From NCBI GenBank assembly GCA_973895155.1, contig OZ316893.1:12292359-12356358 (forward strand): a stretch of 64,000 bases of DNA, in the 5' to 3' direction. A program made the translations under genes and the position numbers. The notes beneath the pieces are model-generated. The model saw only the letters and a program-made list of their open reading frames with translations. It searched no databases and was not told where the DNA came from. Shown here piece after piece: positions 1 to 25,445 of this stretch; position 1 is the first letter of the stretch, and each line of letters starts with the position of its first letter. The stretch comes from Marsupella aquatica. Lineage: Eukaryota; Plantae; Marchantiophyta.

Positions 1-1000
1 TTACACCTTTGATTGAGTCTGGTTTGGTGATCTCAAACCCACTTTTATTTTGCTGGTTGCACATTTTCTTGGGCAGTTGTGGGATGGAGCTCGCTTATTT
101 AAGTCCTTGGTATTTGTGTTATGGTTCTCCCATTTACCCTACTTGACTTTGGGCCTTTGTCATAGAAAAATGCCAAGAAACAAATGCTCATGGTTTTTTT
201 TTTTGCATTTACACCTCATGCTCATAATGTGAATCAAAATCAGTTCTCGTTGATTTCATTTTTCCTTAGTTAGCTATGTGAGGGAGCAAGTTTGTTCACG
301 TTCTTTGTATTTTGGTGAATGATGATCCTTCCATTTACCCCACTTAACTTTGGAGCCTTGTCTAAGAAAAATGCCAAGAAACAAATTCACATGATTTCTT
401 TGTGTATTTACCCCTAAGGCTAAGCCTGATATTGTGATTTGAAATGTGCTCTCACTTTATTGGTTTCATTTTTCATAAGTCAGTTGTGTAGGGGAGAAAG
501 TCATTTGTATTTGGTTAATATGAGCTTCCCATTTACCTTAGCTTTGGATCTTTCTTTCAAAAAAATGTCAAGAAGCAAATTAACATAACTTTTTACACCC
601 TAGATTTAGTGGGCCTTGGTGATTCCAAATTTGTTCCCACTTTGCTGTCAGTTTGGCCAATTGTGTGGTGGTGCAGGTCAATTCAAGTCCTTTGCATTTT
701 TGTTGTGCTCTTCCCATTTACCCTAGCTGTGGACCATTGTCTTAATAAAATGCTGAGAAACAAATCGTCATATTTTCTTTGTGTATTTACACCATAGAGC
801 GATACCCAAATGTGTTCAAGTTATTTGTATTTCTAAACAGTGTTGGTATTTACTCTAGTCTGGACCCCTTTGAAAGAAATTGCCAAATAATAAATGCTGA
901 TAGTTTCTTTGTGTATTTTTTAAGAGACACAGCATGACCGACCTTGTGATCGCAAATTGGTCCTGACTTTGGTGGTTCTACCTTTCCTTGAACTGTTGTT
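1..1000. repeat. Degenerate tandem repeat, about 190-bp unit, about 5 copies
   Basis: The motif series CCCATTTACCC ... AAAAATGCCAAGAAACAAAT ... TGTGTATTTACACC recurs near 130, 330, 527, 712 and 850. Confidence 0.7.
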
Positions 1001-2508
1001 GTTGTGGAGCAAGTATGTTGAAGCCTTAGTTACGCCTTTTTTTCTATGGTGATGGTTAGTCATAAAATATGGTTAAGGTTAATATTTACAAAACTAACTT
1101 ATTTATCAATTAGTTATGAATTAAAGTGTCAATGGACCAGGGTAGTATGGACAAAGTATCATGAGGGTTTGATGTGAAGGGGGTTCCAAGAAACACAGAT
1201 AGATAGCGATAGACCACATTATCCTTACCAGAATAAAAGTTATTTTTTTAATAAAATGAGTTAAGTTCATATAGTCATCTGGGCATTTTGTTAAGCATTT
1301 AAGTGCATGAGTTTTAATTAGTTCCTATTTATTCCCTATTTAGAAATTGGATAATCGGTTTTTCAATGTGTACAGTAGTTTGTTCAATGAATCACTTCCC
1401 CCCCCCCCAAAAAAAAAAAAAAACTCCCGCTTGAAAACTATTGCATGTTTCTCTCTTGAGAATGAAAACCATTTTTTAGTTCTCTAAAATAAAATAAAAC
1501 CTTGGTGGTGGTGTATATTTTGTGTGTTATTTTTTCTGGATGTGCATTGTTTTTTGGGGTGACTTTTCCTGGAGAAGGTATTTTTTCCGTGAAATTTGTT
1601 CTCCCTTCAAAATGCTCCATTTTTGTTATTCCCCTAACTATCATTTGGAGTAAAACCTTTTACTTTCTCCAATATCTCAAAATGAATTTTCTCTGTAGAA
1701 TATTTTGAATTTTTTTACTCTTTATTGAATGCTTCAAATATTTCTCACCTTATGTTATTTCCAATTTTTTCCAATGTTGTGTTTGAGAAGAAAAATTATA
1801 ATTACACTATGTAGTGACCCATTTGATTATTTTTACGCATTACTAGTTATGTAATTCTGTTTTTCTCCCTTTATCTTTCCAGTTCCGAATCCTCTCTTTT
1901 CAGACTCTTTTCCGCAGATATTTTCTCTCGGTTCAACTTTTTAGCAGATTTTCTCCCCGCAACATTTCAAACACCGTACCCAATTACATGGTTCTCGTCT
2001 CAACTCTTGAAGGGAGGGATTGGAGGGATTGGGAGGAGGAGGGCTCATGGGGCGGAGGGGAGGGCGAGGGAGAGGAGGAGGAGCAGGAGGAGGAGGAGCA
2101 GGAGGAGGGGAGGGCCATGGGGGCAGAAGGCAGGAGGCAATGGCTACCTTTTCCACGGTGCGGAGTTGCAGTTTTCTTGCGGTCGGGCTGTTTGAGGAGG
2201 TGTGGACGATGTCGGCGAGGCGGACGTGGTGGCAAAGAGGCGCTGAGATGCAGGGGTGATTGAGAATCGAAACAATCGTCGGTCGAAGAAGTGTGTGCGA
2301 TGAAGCGAGGGCTTCTCTCGCCTCCTGCTTGTTTGGGAAATTGTTGTTGTTGCTGAGGAGGAGAGGAGTACATGTCCGTAGTTGACGAGGGCTGCTGCTG
2401 CTGCCGTCCTCGGGGTGCGGGCTTTTTCGGCGAGAGCAGCAGCAGGGGCAGCAGACGAGGCGTGCAGGAGGTTCTTCCTTCTCTTCGTCTTCTTATTCGT
2501 CTGCCACC

Positions 2509-14658
<12,150 letters not shown>

Positions 14659-16355
14659 CCTCTGCGGGAACAAATTATATGGATGGGAGATGGGGCAGGT
14701 TCGATATCCAGTTTCATATGCATCGTGAAGGTCTTAAAATATAGGGATTCAGCTGGAGATTTTGACGGATTGAGAGCCCACGATCTCTTCTGTAGTTGTG
14801 TAGAGTATTTTGTAGTGAGGACATTATAGGGATGCAATTCAAGGGGGAATTCAGAAAATCTGTGCAAATTGTATTGAGATACATTCAACCAATTCACCAT
14901 CGGAAAGTTTCACGATTAATGCCCTGAGCTTGAAATCAACCATGTTGTCCTTGATGTTTCTCTGCCGAAATTGTTCGTTTGCTGCATCCGATATTTGTTC
15001 AAACCTTTGGAATTTTCATCTCACTTGACCCCAAGACAGCACTGAACATTCCGCGCTGAAAGTGTACCTGGACTTGTAGTCGACCATAGTTTCCAATGAC
15101 GGCGTAATGTACTACATCGACGATGCAAGATCTGTGGCTCCCAGTAGGCCCAAATGTTATCACGGTGATAATTGTGCAGTTCTCCATCGAAATAGGACTC
15201 TCAAGAAAATATGTGATGTGACGTTTCTTGGTGGAGGAAACACAATTAAGTTCATACAAATTGAAAGCAAAAGTGGTGGGTGGGGTTCTTTACAAGATGA
15301 GATATCAACCATATTTCGCAATGAGGGCGCAATGTACTGCATCCAAGATGCACCAATGTAGGGCTGTAGGTCCTCTACAATGATGTGAATCATCATACTG
15401 ATTATAGGAGGCCCCCCTGGCAAAGTTTATAAATCGACAGACCCCCAAAATTTAGAAGCCACCAGAGATAACTTAATACAATGTGGGATCCGCTTTTAAA
15501 AGTCTGTCTAGAGGGCCCCTGGCAAACTTTATGGCTTAATAGACCCTGCTTAGTACAATATACAAACCACCCGCTTAAAAGTCCCCCAGCAGACCACCAC
15601 TTGGTACGATATCACAGACTCTGTGGATTTTGTGCGATGTAAAAACTGAGATTGTATACTGCGCCTTATTTTGCTTTCCATTGTTCAAATTTGGGGCTTG
15701 AACAATGATAATGTTTTCTTCATGTCTGTGCTTGATCATCTGTCCGTGATTTAGCTTAGCCTCGAGCTCGCACGACTCCAAACCGTGGCAGCAGAGATGT
15801 ACTATGGGTTCGGGAGGATGGAAGAACAAAGACATCTACTGTAAACAAGCAAAACAATATTCAGTTCAGTTCACATCAAACTCCATTGAAGCAGGGCCTA
15901 CACCTTCCCTCGCTTTGCTGTTTCTTGCCTTTTTTTTGTACTCTTCATAGATAAACTCTTGGTATTTCTCCTTTAATTACATTCTTTGGGCCATGCCCCT
16001 TCCCTAGCCACTTGCCCCCACCCACCCAAAGAAAAAACAAAGAGTAGCTTGCATTTGGATATGTTGGAGCTGTGGATGTTAGCCATGAATGAAGAAGAGA
16101 GAAAAAGCCGTCAAGTTCTTGAAACTCCACATGTCATTATTGTACCCCATCAACTTTGCAAGTTGAACTTGGTCTATCACTGGAAAATTGAAAATCACAG
16201 CGCTGGCCGACAACAATTTACCGCACGAGTTGGAGTGTACTCCTGATCAAGTTTAGGGCCTTGTACTCGTACACATTCAAACCATTTCAATCCGGTAGAA
16301 AAAGCATCCAAAGAAGTTATTTCTCGAGAAGTTACAATACGAGCTGGGTGCTGAG

Positions 16356-16510
16356 CCAAAACTGGTGTGTTCAGGTTTGTAGTAGCGTCCCACTCTCGCC
16401 AAATGTTGTGGATGCGTCCTGGTTGTCTCCAGCAAGCCAAAACTGCTGTGTTCAGGTGTGCAGTAGCGTTGCCTGCCCACTCTCGCCAAATGTTGTGGAT
16501 GCGTCCTGGT
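16356..16510. repeat. About 80-bp tandem duplication
   Basis: GCCAAAACTG.TGTGTTCAGGT...CCCACTCTCGCCAAATGTTGTGGATGCGTCCTGGT occurs twice. Confidence 0.85.
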
Positions 16511-17408
16511 AATTGCACATCAAAATGCTGCAACTGGATGCATAGAAGGAGCAACACTCGGGTTTACCATAGTTTGGAAAACGTTCGATTTGTAGGTACA
16601 CAGCTTACCAGGGATGGTGATTGCATCGTCTTTGTTGGAAAGGCAGCTGATAGTATCAACCCCTAGCTTATATTGTGCCCAATAATGAGTGGAGTTGTTT
16701 CCCTGTCCCTGCGACGGTCAGCAAGTCTTACTTTTCACCGACACCTTTCAGCCGGGCTTCAACCCTTTCGGCAGTCTCAGTTCAGCAGTTTTCAGAAACT
16801 TGTGCGTAGTGTTTGTTATCATCGAGACTTGTGTGGTCCCTTGCACGTACAAGAAGATTCTGTTCTCCAGCTGTTCTGCATGTTGCAGCTGTATCCTGCG
16901 ACTCTAGATTCAGCTTAACTATGTGCTGTCATGTGGCGTGGCTTGCTTTGGCAATACCTGGAATTGTAGATCATGTCCTAGGTGACTTTGCTTAGTATAC
17001 AGGCCCTACTAACCGATCAAATGAGGCTTTTTCGGTGCAAGTCAGGTGGACAACTCCTTAACAGAACAGAAACTAAAAACTTGTGCTGGGAGCTACCTCT
17101 ATGGCTTTCGCATTTCCGTTCAGGACTGTGGATAGGGAACCGTAGGCTGGAAAAGGCTTTTTGCCGATCCGCATATCAGGAGCCCTCGATGATGTAATGG
17201 TTGATCTGCCATTCTATAAACACGTCTCTTGGTGCTGCCCTGAAAACCTGAATATCCCGATCAGAGAGGTTTTGCTCGAGGTATTAACGCCCCTTCCATC
17301 AGTGTTATTTGTGAGAACATAAACCACATTTAGTTGGTAAGCACCAGGTAAGGCTGCACGACCATTTCATTGAACTGATGTGCATAACAAGAATTTCTTC
17401 AGGTCTGC

Positions 17409-20138
17409 CTATTCACCAGCTTGCTCGGTCGCATCCGCCAAAGAATTCAATAGTTGGCAGACAGTCTGCACTCCTGCCATAATCACATTCTTGTCCTCCG
17501 CAGAGAGATGACGACCAAACACTTGTAAAAATTTATCCGGATGCCTGAAAACAAAACATGAGTAATCATCAGTAGATTACAACCATCTGCCACAACTATC
17601 ACAGTTCCATATCGAAGGCTGTAGAAGTTAGCTGTGGGTTTGGTGGTCCAGTTACGTTACCATCGAAGCCGTTCACGCTGGATAAGAGGACGAAGAGCAG
17701 CTCCCGTCAGACCCAGCTCAGCTAGTAGCAATGTCTCGGTGCCTGCATCATCACAAACAAATTCCCACCAAAAGCCATACTCTCATAAATGAGAATCCTC
17801 TATGGAGCCGTTCTGTAGCTTCATCTTCAAGGGGCTTTAAGTAACAGACATTAAATAGCTGCACAGACACCTATGGCATGAGAAACCTTTCGGTACTATT
17901 CTATCAAAACTTGAGGTATCCTACTGGTCACCCTCTTGAGTTGCATCTTCGCGCAGTAACTAATTCAAACTAGGGCAGCAACATATATAAGAAGAATAGC
18001 CATCTCACCTAGACTTCTGCCCGCGGTAATATGAGTTCCAGTCTCAATGTCTATCCGAGTGACTGGCCAAGGTACATCATGAAATCGGATGGCACCAACT
18101 GGAAGCGTGTCAACTCCTGAAGGCTTTGTCGGAGGATCCCTGCTACTCACAGTGCCATCGTCTGTCCCAGATCTACCCACAAATCTCTCAACAAACTCTG
18201 CATATGCTCTGTTATAATCATCCCAGTCACCCAGCAAGCTCCCGGGTACTTCACTGCCAGCACCACTCTGCCTCGTGATATTATCAGTAGCAAATTCACT
18301 GTCTCTTTCCATACGCCAATCCAAGGATGCTGATAACAAATGATGTTTCCGGATATTGGCGCGTTCTGTCTGCAGGTTTCCCAAATGCTGGACTTTCTCA
18401 ACTGAGTCTACCAGGTCACGAAGGCCTGCACAGGGTACCATTCATACTTAGAGGGCACATAAAGTACTACATCAACAAGGTGCATGCCGAACTCTAGAGA
18501 CATAGTCACACATACTCCGATATCAGTTAGCCTATACCAGATACACACCACTGGCATTTCCTTTGGCAGACAAGGGGCACATACAACCAAGAGACTACTC
18601 CCAACTGTTGAACTCTTCTGGCGGAGATCTGGAATTCATACTCACCGAGAGAAACTGGAGTCTTGTCATAAGCGTTCATGAGATACTCATCCGGCTTGTA
18701 AATCTGGAGCATAGCAGCCACCTGTGCATGTTGTCCAAGGCATGCCAGATGTAGAGCTGTGTTGCCGGCATCATTTTGACGATTGATCCTCTTCCCGTCA
18801 CCAGCCCCCAACCCTAAGAGGATTTTCACAACCTGGGATCCACACCACAAAATATTATAGCCACTCTTAAGCAACCACTTCCACCCTCTGTCTTTGAATT
18901 AAACCCATTGCAGACATGCATTTGACAAATTTTCCAAACCTTTAATTGGGAACTTTCTTAGAGGATGTTATATCAAGCCATTGCAGGCATACATTTGACA
19001 ATTCTTCCAAAAAGTTTGGGGGAGCTTTCTTAGAGGTTGTTATATTCCTTGCATCACAGTGGGAAAAACGCACTCTGAAGTACAAAACGAACACCTCAAG
19101 GAGTCCATCCTGTTTGCATCGCAGATGCATACTGAGCCCAGAAGACCAAAAAATCTCACTCTTCTCCCACAAAAATGGATTCACCAAATCCAGACAAATA
19201 TCTGACATCCAAACCAAGAATTGAAACTGAATACCGTTCCACAATGCCAAAGTCGGGTGCTTCAGCTTACTGCATGAAAAAAGTGGGGGAAAGAGAGACC
19301 TCAACATGACCATAAAGAGAAGCCCAGTGCAGTGCTGAGTACCCCGAATTGTCTTTTGATGAGACCTTGGAAACTTGAGAAATTAGTTCTCGCACTCGTT
19401 CCGCTTGGCCAAGACGCACAGCTTCATGGAGCATTTTATCTTCCTCCTGCAAGTCTCCATCAAATGACGTCTGACCTTCAGAACTACGATCGACCACGCA
19501 TAACAGGCATTACAGGATGGCACCGGAAGATACAATCTACAGCTACAGCAGTTTCGGATGCCATACCCTCATCGACTTCGCAGAACGTGAAATCGCATGT
19601 CCACCTTCATCGCCATTCTCTTTCTTCTGCTTTGCTTTATCGTCAAGCCTGCTCTTCTTTCGGTGGCGTTTCCGTGACCTGTTCAACACGAAGGAAACAG
19701 ACAATTATGAGCCACTGAGTGGTCTGACTGCCTATGACTTAACCCTCTGAGAGAAAAAGAGATCCCTTTTTCAATCATTTACTTCATTTACCATATATAT
19801 GTCAGTTCAAACTAGAACATTGCAGAAGCCTCCGGTTGCTTGATCACAATGCCGAGAAGGATGGTTCAAGCAAAATGCAGGACTGTCATTTACAAGATAA
19901 ATGAAGCAAGCCAAAAATGAAAAAAGGTAAATTGCACAAACTTTCTCTGGAGATCCGGGGAAGTGGCAACGGAGCGCAGAGATTGCCAAGCTGAAAATAC
20001 TCGCTCTCGATTCTCTGAGCTAGTTCCGTGCGGATTTCGCAATGCTCTCCTCAATTTCCGAACGGCCTCGTCCTCCTCACCTGCTACCTGACGAGAGTCC
20101 ATTTGCCCCGAAGAACCCGTCTCTGCAGATCGCCGCAT
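17409..20138 (-). CDS. NFKBIL1: Ankyrin-repeat protein of the NF-kappa-B inhibitor-like protein 1 family, 7 exons
   Basis: Minus-strand exons 20138-19942, 19678-19567, 19446-19300, 18832-18646, 18425-18009, 17742-17661, 17544-17409 join in frame through GT-AG introns. Basic N-terminus (SRKRHRKKSR), ankyrin repeats (SGYSALHWASLYGH, AGNTALHLAC), then FHDVPWP and RERLRWHPDKFLQVFG, the C-terminal signature of NFKBIL1-like proteins. Confidence 0.85.
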
Positions 20139-20841
20139 CTCCTCTCCTCTCCCCTCAGAGCCAACGGTATCCTTTCATTCTTTCAACTGCTGCACTTGCG
20201 AAGAGATTGTGACATTTGCTTCGCGTAAAGTACTTTTTAGATTTTGAACTCGTCGGCCTATGTTCCGACTCGCTCCAGCCCTGTGCAAAAACTTGAGGAA
20301 TCAAAGGGTAGGGAATGCGATGGAAAGCGGCTTTCTCATGAGCGTTGGAAGAGCGTACTGCTTTGACGAGTGAACGGGGGAGATGGCCGTGCTCATCAAA
20401 CCCTAAAGGAAAAATCCTGCAGAGTTTCCGTTCAAATTATAACATCTCAATTTCATTCATGCGCAGTTTCGAATAATTACGCGAATTGCTCCTTCTGTAG
20501 CTCCATTAGAGATCTCTATCTCCACTTCCTCCAAAATTGATCGACGGCATGACATCAGGGGACACAGAATGAACCTCGCAACCCATCCGAAGACGCTTTT
20601 GGCATGATTTGGAAGCGTTGCGGTAGAAATCACCGGATGTGCACCTCCATTGTGGGTGTTCCTAGAGGGATATGCGGTCGCGGAGTCTTGTAATCCAAAT
20701 CACCTACAGTACGTCACTTCAGGGTTTACAATCACGATTGCGAAAGCAGAAGAAAGCAACTCAAATTTTAATCAGGTCACAATGACGCTACAGAAGGACT
20801 ATTGACAAATTACGTTAATGGAGAACATTCGAACAAAGGGC

Positions 20842-21201
20842 TCATTGTAGGGTGCGAGTAAAGAGTTAAAAACTTTTACTCGCACAAGCAAAATCTTTCC
20901 TCACATGACCTTTAATTTTGAACATTTCAACAAAGGGGTCATTGTAGCATGTGAGTAAACAGTTTAAAAAATTACTCGCACTAGCAAAATCTTTCCTCAC
21001 ATGACCCCTAATTTTTCTATATCCAACTGCCTCGCGAACAACAACTTGATTGATAACATGCATTTTAGGGACTCCTCTTTTTGCTATCTAGAGTCATGAA
21101 AAAACACAAAATATATAAAAGGCAGCAAAAAGTTTTTTAAAAATTAAACCATTAGTGTCTTGCTAACAAAATTATTATTTACTCGCATTATACAACACCT
21201 C
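20842..21201. mobile_element. MITE-like element with a duplicated left end
   Basis: A unit of about 97 bp (CATTGTAG..TG.GAGTAAA...CTTTCCTCACATGACC) is duplicated. GGGGTCATTGTAGCATGTGAGTAAA (20935) is imperfectly inverted at TTTACTCGCATTATACAACACCTC (21178-21201). Confidence 0.45.
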
Positions 21202-21579
21202 AGAAAGAACTCAAACAAGAAACAAAGCAACTCAAAATTTAATCAATTGAATATTGCTCTCAATCGGAAAAACAGTCTGGAAAAAAGGTTACCCGTGTGT
21301 AACCTTTTCTACTAGGGGCTACCATTTCCATAACCCTGTGCCCAGAAAGTCTTACCCGGTAATCTTTTTTGGGGCAGAAAGTTGTTCCCACCAAGTTCAG
21401 ATAAACTTCCCCGCTGCCGCCAATCAACATTTCCTCACTTTCTGGTCATAAGGTTACAGACTAGTAACCGCAGACCAAACCATCATTACTCTTAAACTTC
21501 TAATCTGATGCAATGGACCAAGTACTTTTGGTTTTCAAGGGTAAAAACACCAGACAGGAGGACACAAAAACTATTGAAA

Positions 21580-21790
21580 CAAATAAATTCTATACTATTT
21601 CTCCTTTGTCTTTTGCCTCACCTTTTTGTCCATATTTATTTCATTTTTTTCTTTATTTAGATTGTTCATCTTTGCTCTAGTCCCTATTTTTTGTCCACCC
21701 TGGTGTGTGTTGTCCATATTAACAATCCTTGTCACTTTTCTCTTTCTTTAAGAGTTACTGGCTAGAGGCTTCACTCTAGATCATAGGCCT
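21580..21790. mobile_element. Dispersed repeat family ending in a CTAGAG-N6-CTCTAG hairpin
   Basis: Inverted homolog at about 39830-40020 and a terminal piece at about 62965-63000. All share CTAGAGTGAAGC(C/T)TCTAG. Confidence 0.55.
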
Positions 21791-21827
21791 AAAAAATAAG
21801 TTCCCTTCACAAATTATTAGCAAGATA

Positions 21828-22330
21828 CTAGTTCAATACCTCTGCATTGCACAAAAAATGTTGTTAAGTAAAAAAAAAGTCGTGTTGCCATAGATGTTAT
21901 GTCTAAGATGTAGTCAAGTCGACATATGTCATGGCGCCAAAGATGTCATTATGTGAAAGATGTTGTTATGTAAAAAGATGTTGTGGCGCCAAAGATATTG
22001 TTATGTCTATTAGTAAGATGTGGTCAAGTAAAAAGATGTTCTTATGTCTAAGATGTGGTCAAGTAAAAGATGTCATTATGTGAAAAATGTTGTTATTAAG
22101 TAAAAAGATATTGCTATGTCAAGATCTCATCAAGTAAGAAGATGTCATACGTAAAATGATGTTGTTAAGTATAAAATGGTCGATAAGTAAAGGGATGTTG
22201 GTAGTGAAATATGTTGTGAAGTAAAAGAGGTTAAATACAAAATATAGTTAGTAAACTCTGTTAGGTCAAGTAAAGAAGCCGTTAACTAATCAATGCACAT
22301 TGTTGTGTAAATGGTGATGTTGTTGCCCTA
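21828..22330 (-). mobile_element. Non-autonomous Helitron-like remnant with an AAAAGATGTTGT minisatellite body
   Basis: The minus strand ends TGTGCAATGCAGAGGTATTGAACTAG-T, a degenerate hairpin followed by CTAG-T. The same end and repeat body occur at 45560-46700. Confidence 0.6.
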
Positions 22331-23738
22331 AACAAGTCTTCAACAAAATATGATCTGATATTTATGCCAATTATACCCCTTGGGGCAACAGCACGGCTTG
22401 GCCCACTTTTCAAAAGCCCTTTTGTCCTATCCCTTGCTTATGTAACCCCATTGGTAACCCTAGTTTTGGTTATTTTAAAGTTGGTTTGCTTAAAGTTGTC
22501 GTGATTGCTTGCTAGCCTTTGACCGCCCCAATACCGAGACCCCTTGGGGCACTAGCATGGCTCAACCCACTTTTCAGTAGCACAATTTTCCTACCCTTTG
22601 CATGAAACCCCTTTGATAACCCCATCCAAGTTTACTTGGCTCCTTACTCTCCAACACCATGCCCCCTTCGGATGGTAGTGTGGTTTGTATAGCTTTTCAA
22701 CATATGTTTGAGAGGATGTGGTCCCCTCATATATGCAACTGGGGACCTGCCACCCTGGATCACCTTAGTTTGGTCCCAATATCTTGGCCTTCTAGACAGG
22801 GTGGCAAGAGATTGATAACGGCAAGGCCGAGGGCTCAGGAGGGAGTTGGAACCAACACAAGCGGTTGAGTTAGGTCCGGGGATGGCTGACCTCACACTCT
22901 TCAAGTTCAGAGTGCCTGGACCTGAGACCCAGGGGTGGTCCCTTCTGGCCGGTGGCATAGGCTCTCCAAGAGCATGGCACAAGGGAGGGAGGTGGTGGGC
23001 AAGCGAGAGAGGGCAAGCCCAGGCAGAGGCAAGGGTCAGGTGAGTCAGGAGTCGGGGAAGGGCAAGACAAGTGTGAGATGTTGCGAGTTAGAGTCGAGAA
23101 TCAAGAGTCGGGCAAGTCCGTGTCAGGGCGAGGGCCTACCCAAGATTTAATCCAGGCATCCCGAGTCAGCCAAGATTTGGTGCAGGCACAGCGAGGGTGA
23201 GACGGCCAGGGGCGACCGCGAGTCAAGCATCGATGTCCAACGTCGGGCAAAGGCCTCGGCAAGGGCAAGTAACAGCCCCAAGCACTCAAGAGCAACGGCT
23301 GCATAGTCGGGCCATTAAGTATACGGTTAAGGACGGCTACTGTCCCTTTATAGGATATTATAGTCAACTATATATGGTCGGCCCGCGTATGCGGGGAGAC
23401 CGTATAGGGGAGACTTAATATCCCGTTAAGGTAGTTTGGTGGTGTTAAGTTCTTTCAGTCCAATTCAGTGATTGACACGTTTGCACTTAACGGGTTGATA
23501 ATATCTCATGATTTTATACCATATATTTATATGGTATGTTCATTATCACATACGGTCATGTTCTCAATAATGGCGCCCTCAACAGAACCGATCCAAATTG
23601 GAACACGTTCTCAATGGCGCGCCAATAGTGAAGACTGTAAACAATGGTGAATCTCCCGCAGTGGAGAGTGTAAACTTTATTTACATGATCAAAAAAATTA
23701 CAATGGGATTGTCTCATCAAGTAGATCTATCTATTGAC

Positions 23739-23867
23739 AATTCCCGTGTCTGTATAAAAAGAATGCATGTAAAGAAGGGACGTCTGATCAATTCCCGTGT
23801 CTGTATAAAAAGAATGCATGTAAAGAAGGGATGTCTGATCAATTCTAGTGTCTGTAAGAAAGAATGC
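23739..23867. repeat. 51-bp tandem repeat, about 2.5 copies
   Basis: Unit CAATTCCCGTGTCTGTATAAAAAGAATGCATGTAAAGAAGGGA(C/T)GTCTGAT. Confidence 0.9.
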
Positions 23868-24039
23868 TGTGAAATGTCTATGAATGATGAATGTGTGTAA
23901 TGTGAATGTCTAATTCTACCGGATAAATGCCTAGCCGCCTTACTAATATGCAATGCAAGTGCCTCTCGGGCTACAATCTACAACTAATTACAGTGCTCCT
24001 ATCAAGTCTGCCTCCGCTGCTCCATGTCGAGTACTTACA

Positions 24040-25445
24040 CTAGCCACCAAATTTACCAATGTTAATGGAGATAGTGCAATTGTTGAGTGATTGCACTTGG
24101 TTGAAAAGTGCTTGGACTGGATTCACAATCACAGCCCCACCACCTTGATGCAAGTTCTGGAAATGATCATCCCAATCATACTTCTCGACCCAATCATCAG
24201 AAAACCAGTCAACCTGACTAGTATCAACATTCAAAATAGGACTTCCATCACTTCGAGCAGCGTCTTCAACAGCAACCACCTCAATCTCCATGGGCATCAA
24301 TCCACCAGTCGCCTCTTCAACTTGTGTCGGGCCTTCAGAACTGTGAATTACAGTTGCAGGAGCCACTGCTTCAACACCCGGAGGAGTGACATCTTCTGCT
24401 CCATCAAGTCCTGGTCGAGAGTACATGCTGGTCACAGTCGACTCATCTGTTACAAGCATCAACCGGACAACATCAGAAATTGTCTCAATTGCAAAGTTGT
24501 AAAGCAATAATTGCCGAATGGGACTAAGAACAAATTTACCTTCGTCTGCCTTTGGCCTTTTGTTTGATCATCCTCAAGGCCTTGGATGACCTTCTTCTTG
24601 AACCGCTCCGTTTCTTCCTGACATTTGCCTTCAAAATCTGAGGACCCGCTGGTACACTTATGGGCAGCCCTTACCTTGGAGTCTATGCTGCGATCATACC
24701 GAGCATAAGCACCCTGGCTTTTATGCCCAGTTATCAGCATGCCAATAGGTGCCGGCACTCCTTCAGCAGCCATACGTGTAACACAAGTGGTTCTACCGGA
24801 CTTATTTGATACGCCTTCCGTCAATAGACCACATTCTGTGTGAATCTCTTTCACAATGCCACTTAATTTTTTGACTGACACGCGTTGTGTTGAATACCAA
24901 GCATGCGTACGTGGACTGTCGATGCACTGATAGAACAGAAACAAACCAGCAACAGGTAAATGAGATATTAGACTCTCCATCGTGGAAACCATGTCAGGAT
25001 CGTAGCTCGTTACAGCTGGGCGGAAATGCTCGTCTTGATAGCGTTCAAGACCGACTTTGTAATTCTTCGAGAGTCTCTCATCGTATCTCACGTAATGCCC
25101 ATTGTCATCAGTACCCAAAAGAAAGTCGCTCTTAGCAAACAGATGTAGCTCAGACCTCCCCGAATGGCAAACCGAAATAACAGAATGTATACTGCCCGGC
25201 GTTGAAGACCTCGGGGATGAACAATGGCTGTGCATGAGTGAGTCAATATCGTGGCCTCATCAGCTAACGAAATTACAGATGCCTTCTTCCGAGGCATATT
25301 CGCACCATTCCTCCTTGATCGTTCCATAGCTAAAACGCAAGCAACCCCTACCTGCTTGAATAGAGGACTCTCGCCTCTCTCGCGCATGTGGAACACAGGT
25401 TCATCTTGTCCGCTTTACCTTACTCTGACTTCTTGTCTGATTCAA
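24040..25445 (-). pseudogene. DUF3504/Crypton-type tyrosine recombinase, disrupted
   Basis: ORFs 25396-25088, 25235-24459 and 24507-24040 stitch into RFAIRGG-[1-nt indel near 25155]-SELH...ERLSKNY...WYS...VSNKSGRTT...ITGHKSQGAYARYD. This gives R, K, (H>K)xxR, H, Y in tyrosine-recombinase order. A GT-AG intron at 24539-24447 follows, then an acidic tail ending NNCTISINI. Confidence 0.8.

Larger units (their letters stand above)
23327..25445 (-). mobile_element. Crypton-like tyrosine-recombinase element, copy A (5'-truncated, frameshifted)
   Basis: Contains the recombinase pseudogene at 24040-25445 and a non-coding tail homologous to copy B. Candidate termini are TTAAGG at 23327 or 23426. Confidence 0.7.

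Noticed and set aside
14999-17200. Short ORFs between INO80 and the NFKBIL1-like gene
   Set aside because: No recognisable domain or consistent exon chain. Probably 3'UTR or intergenic sequence.
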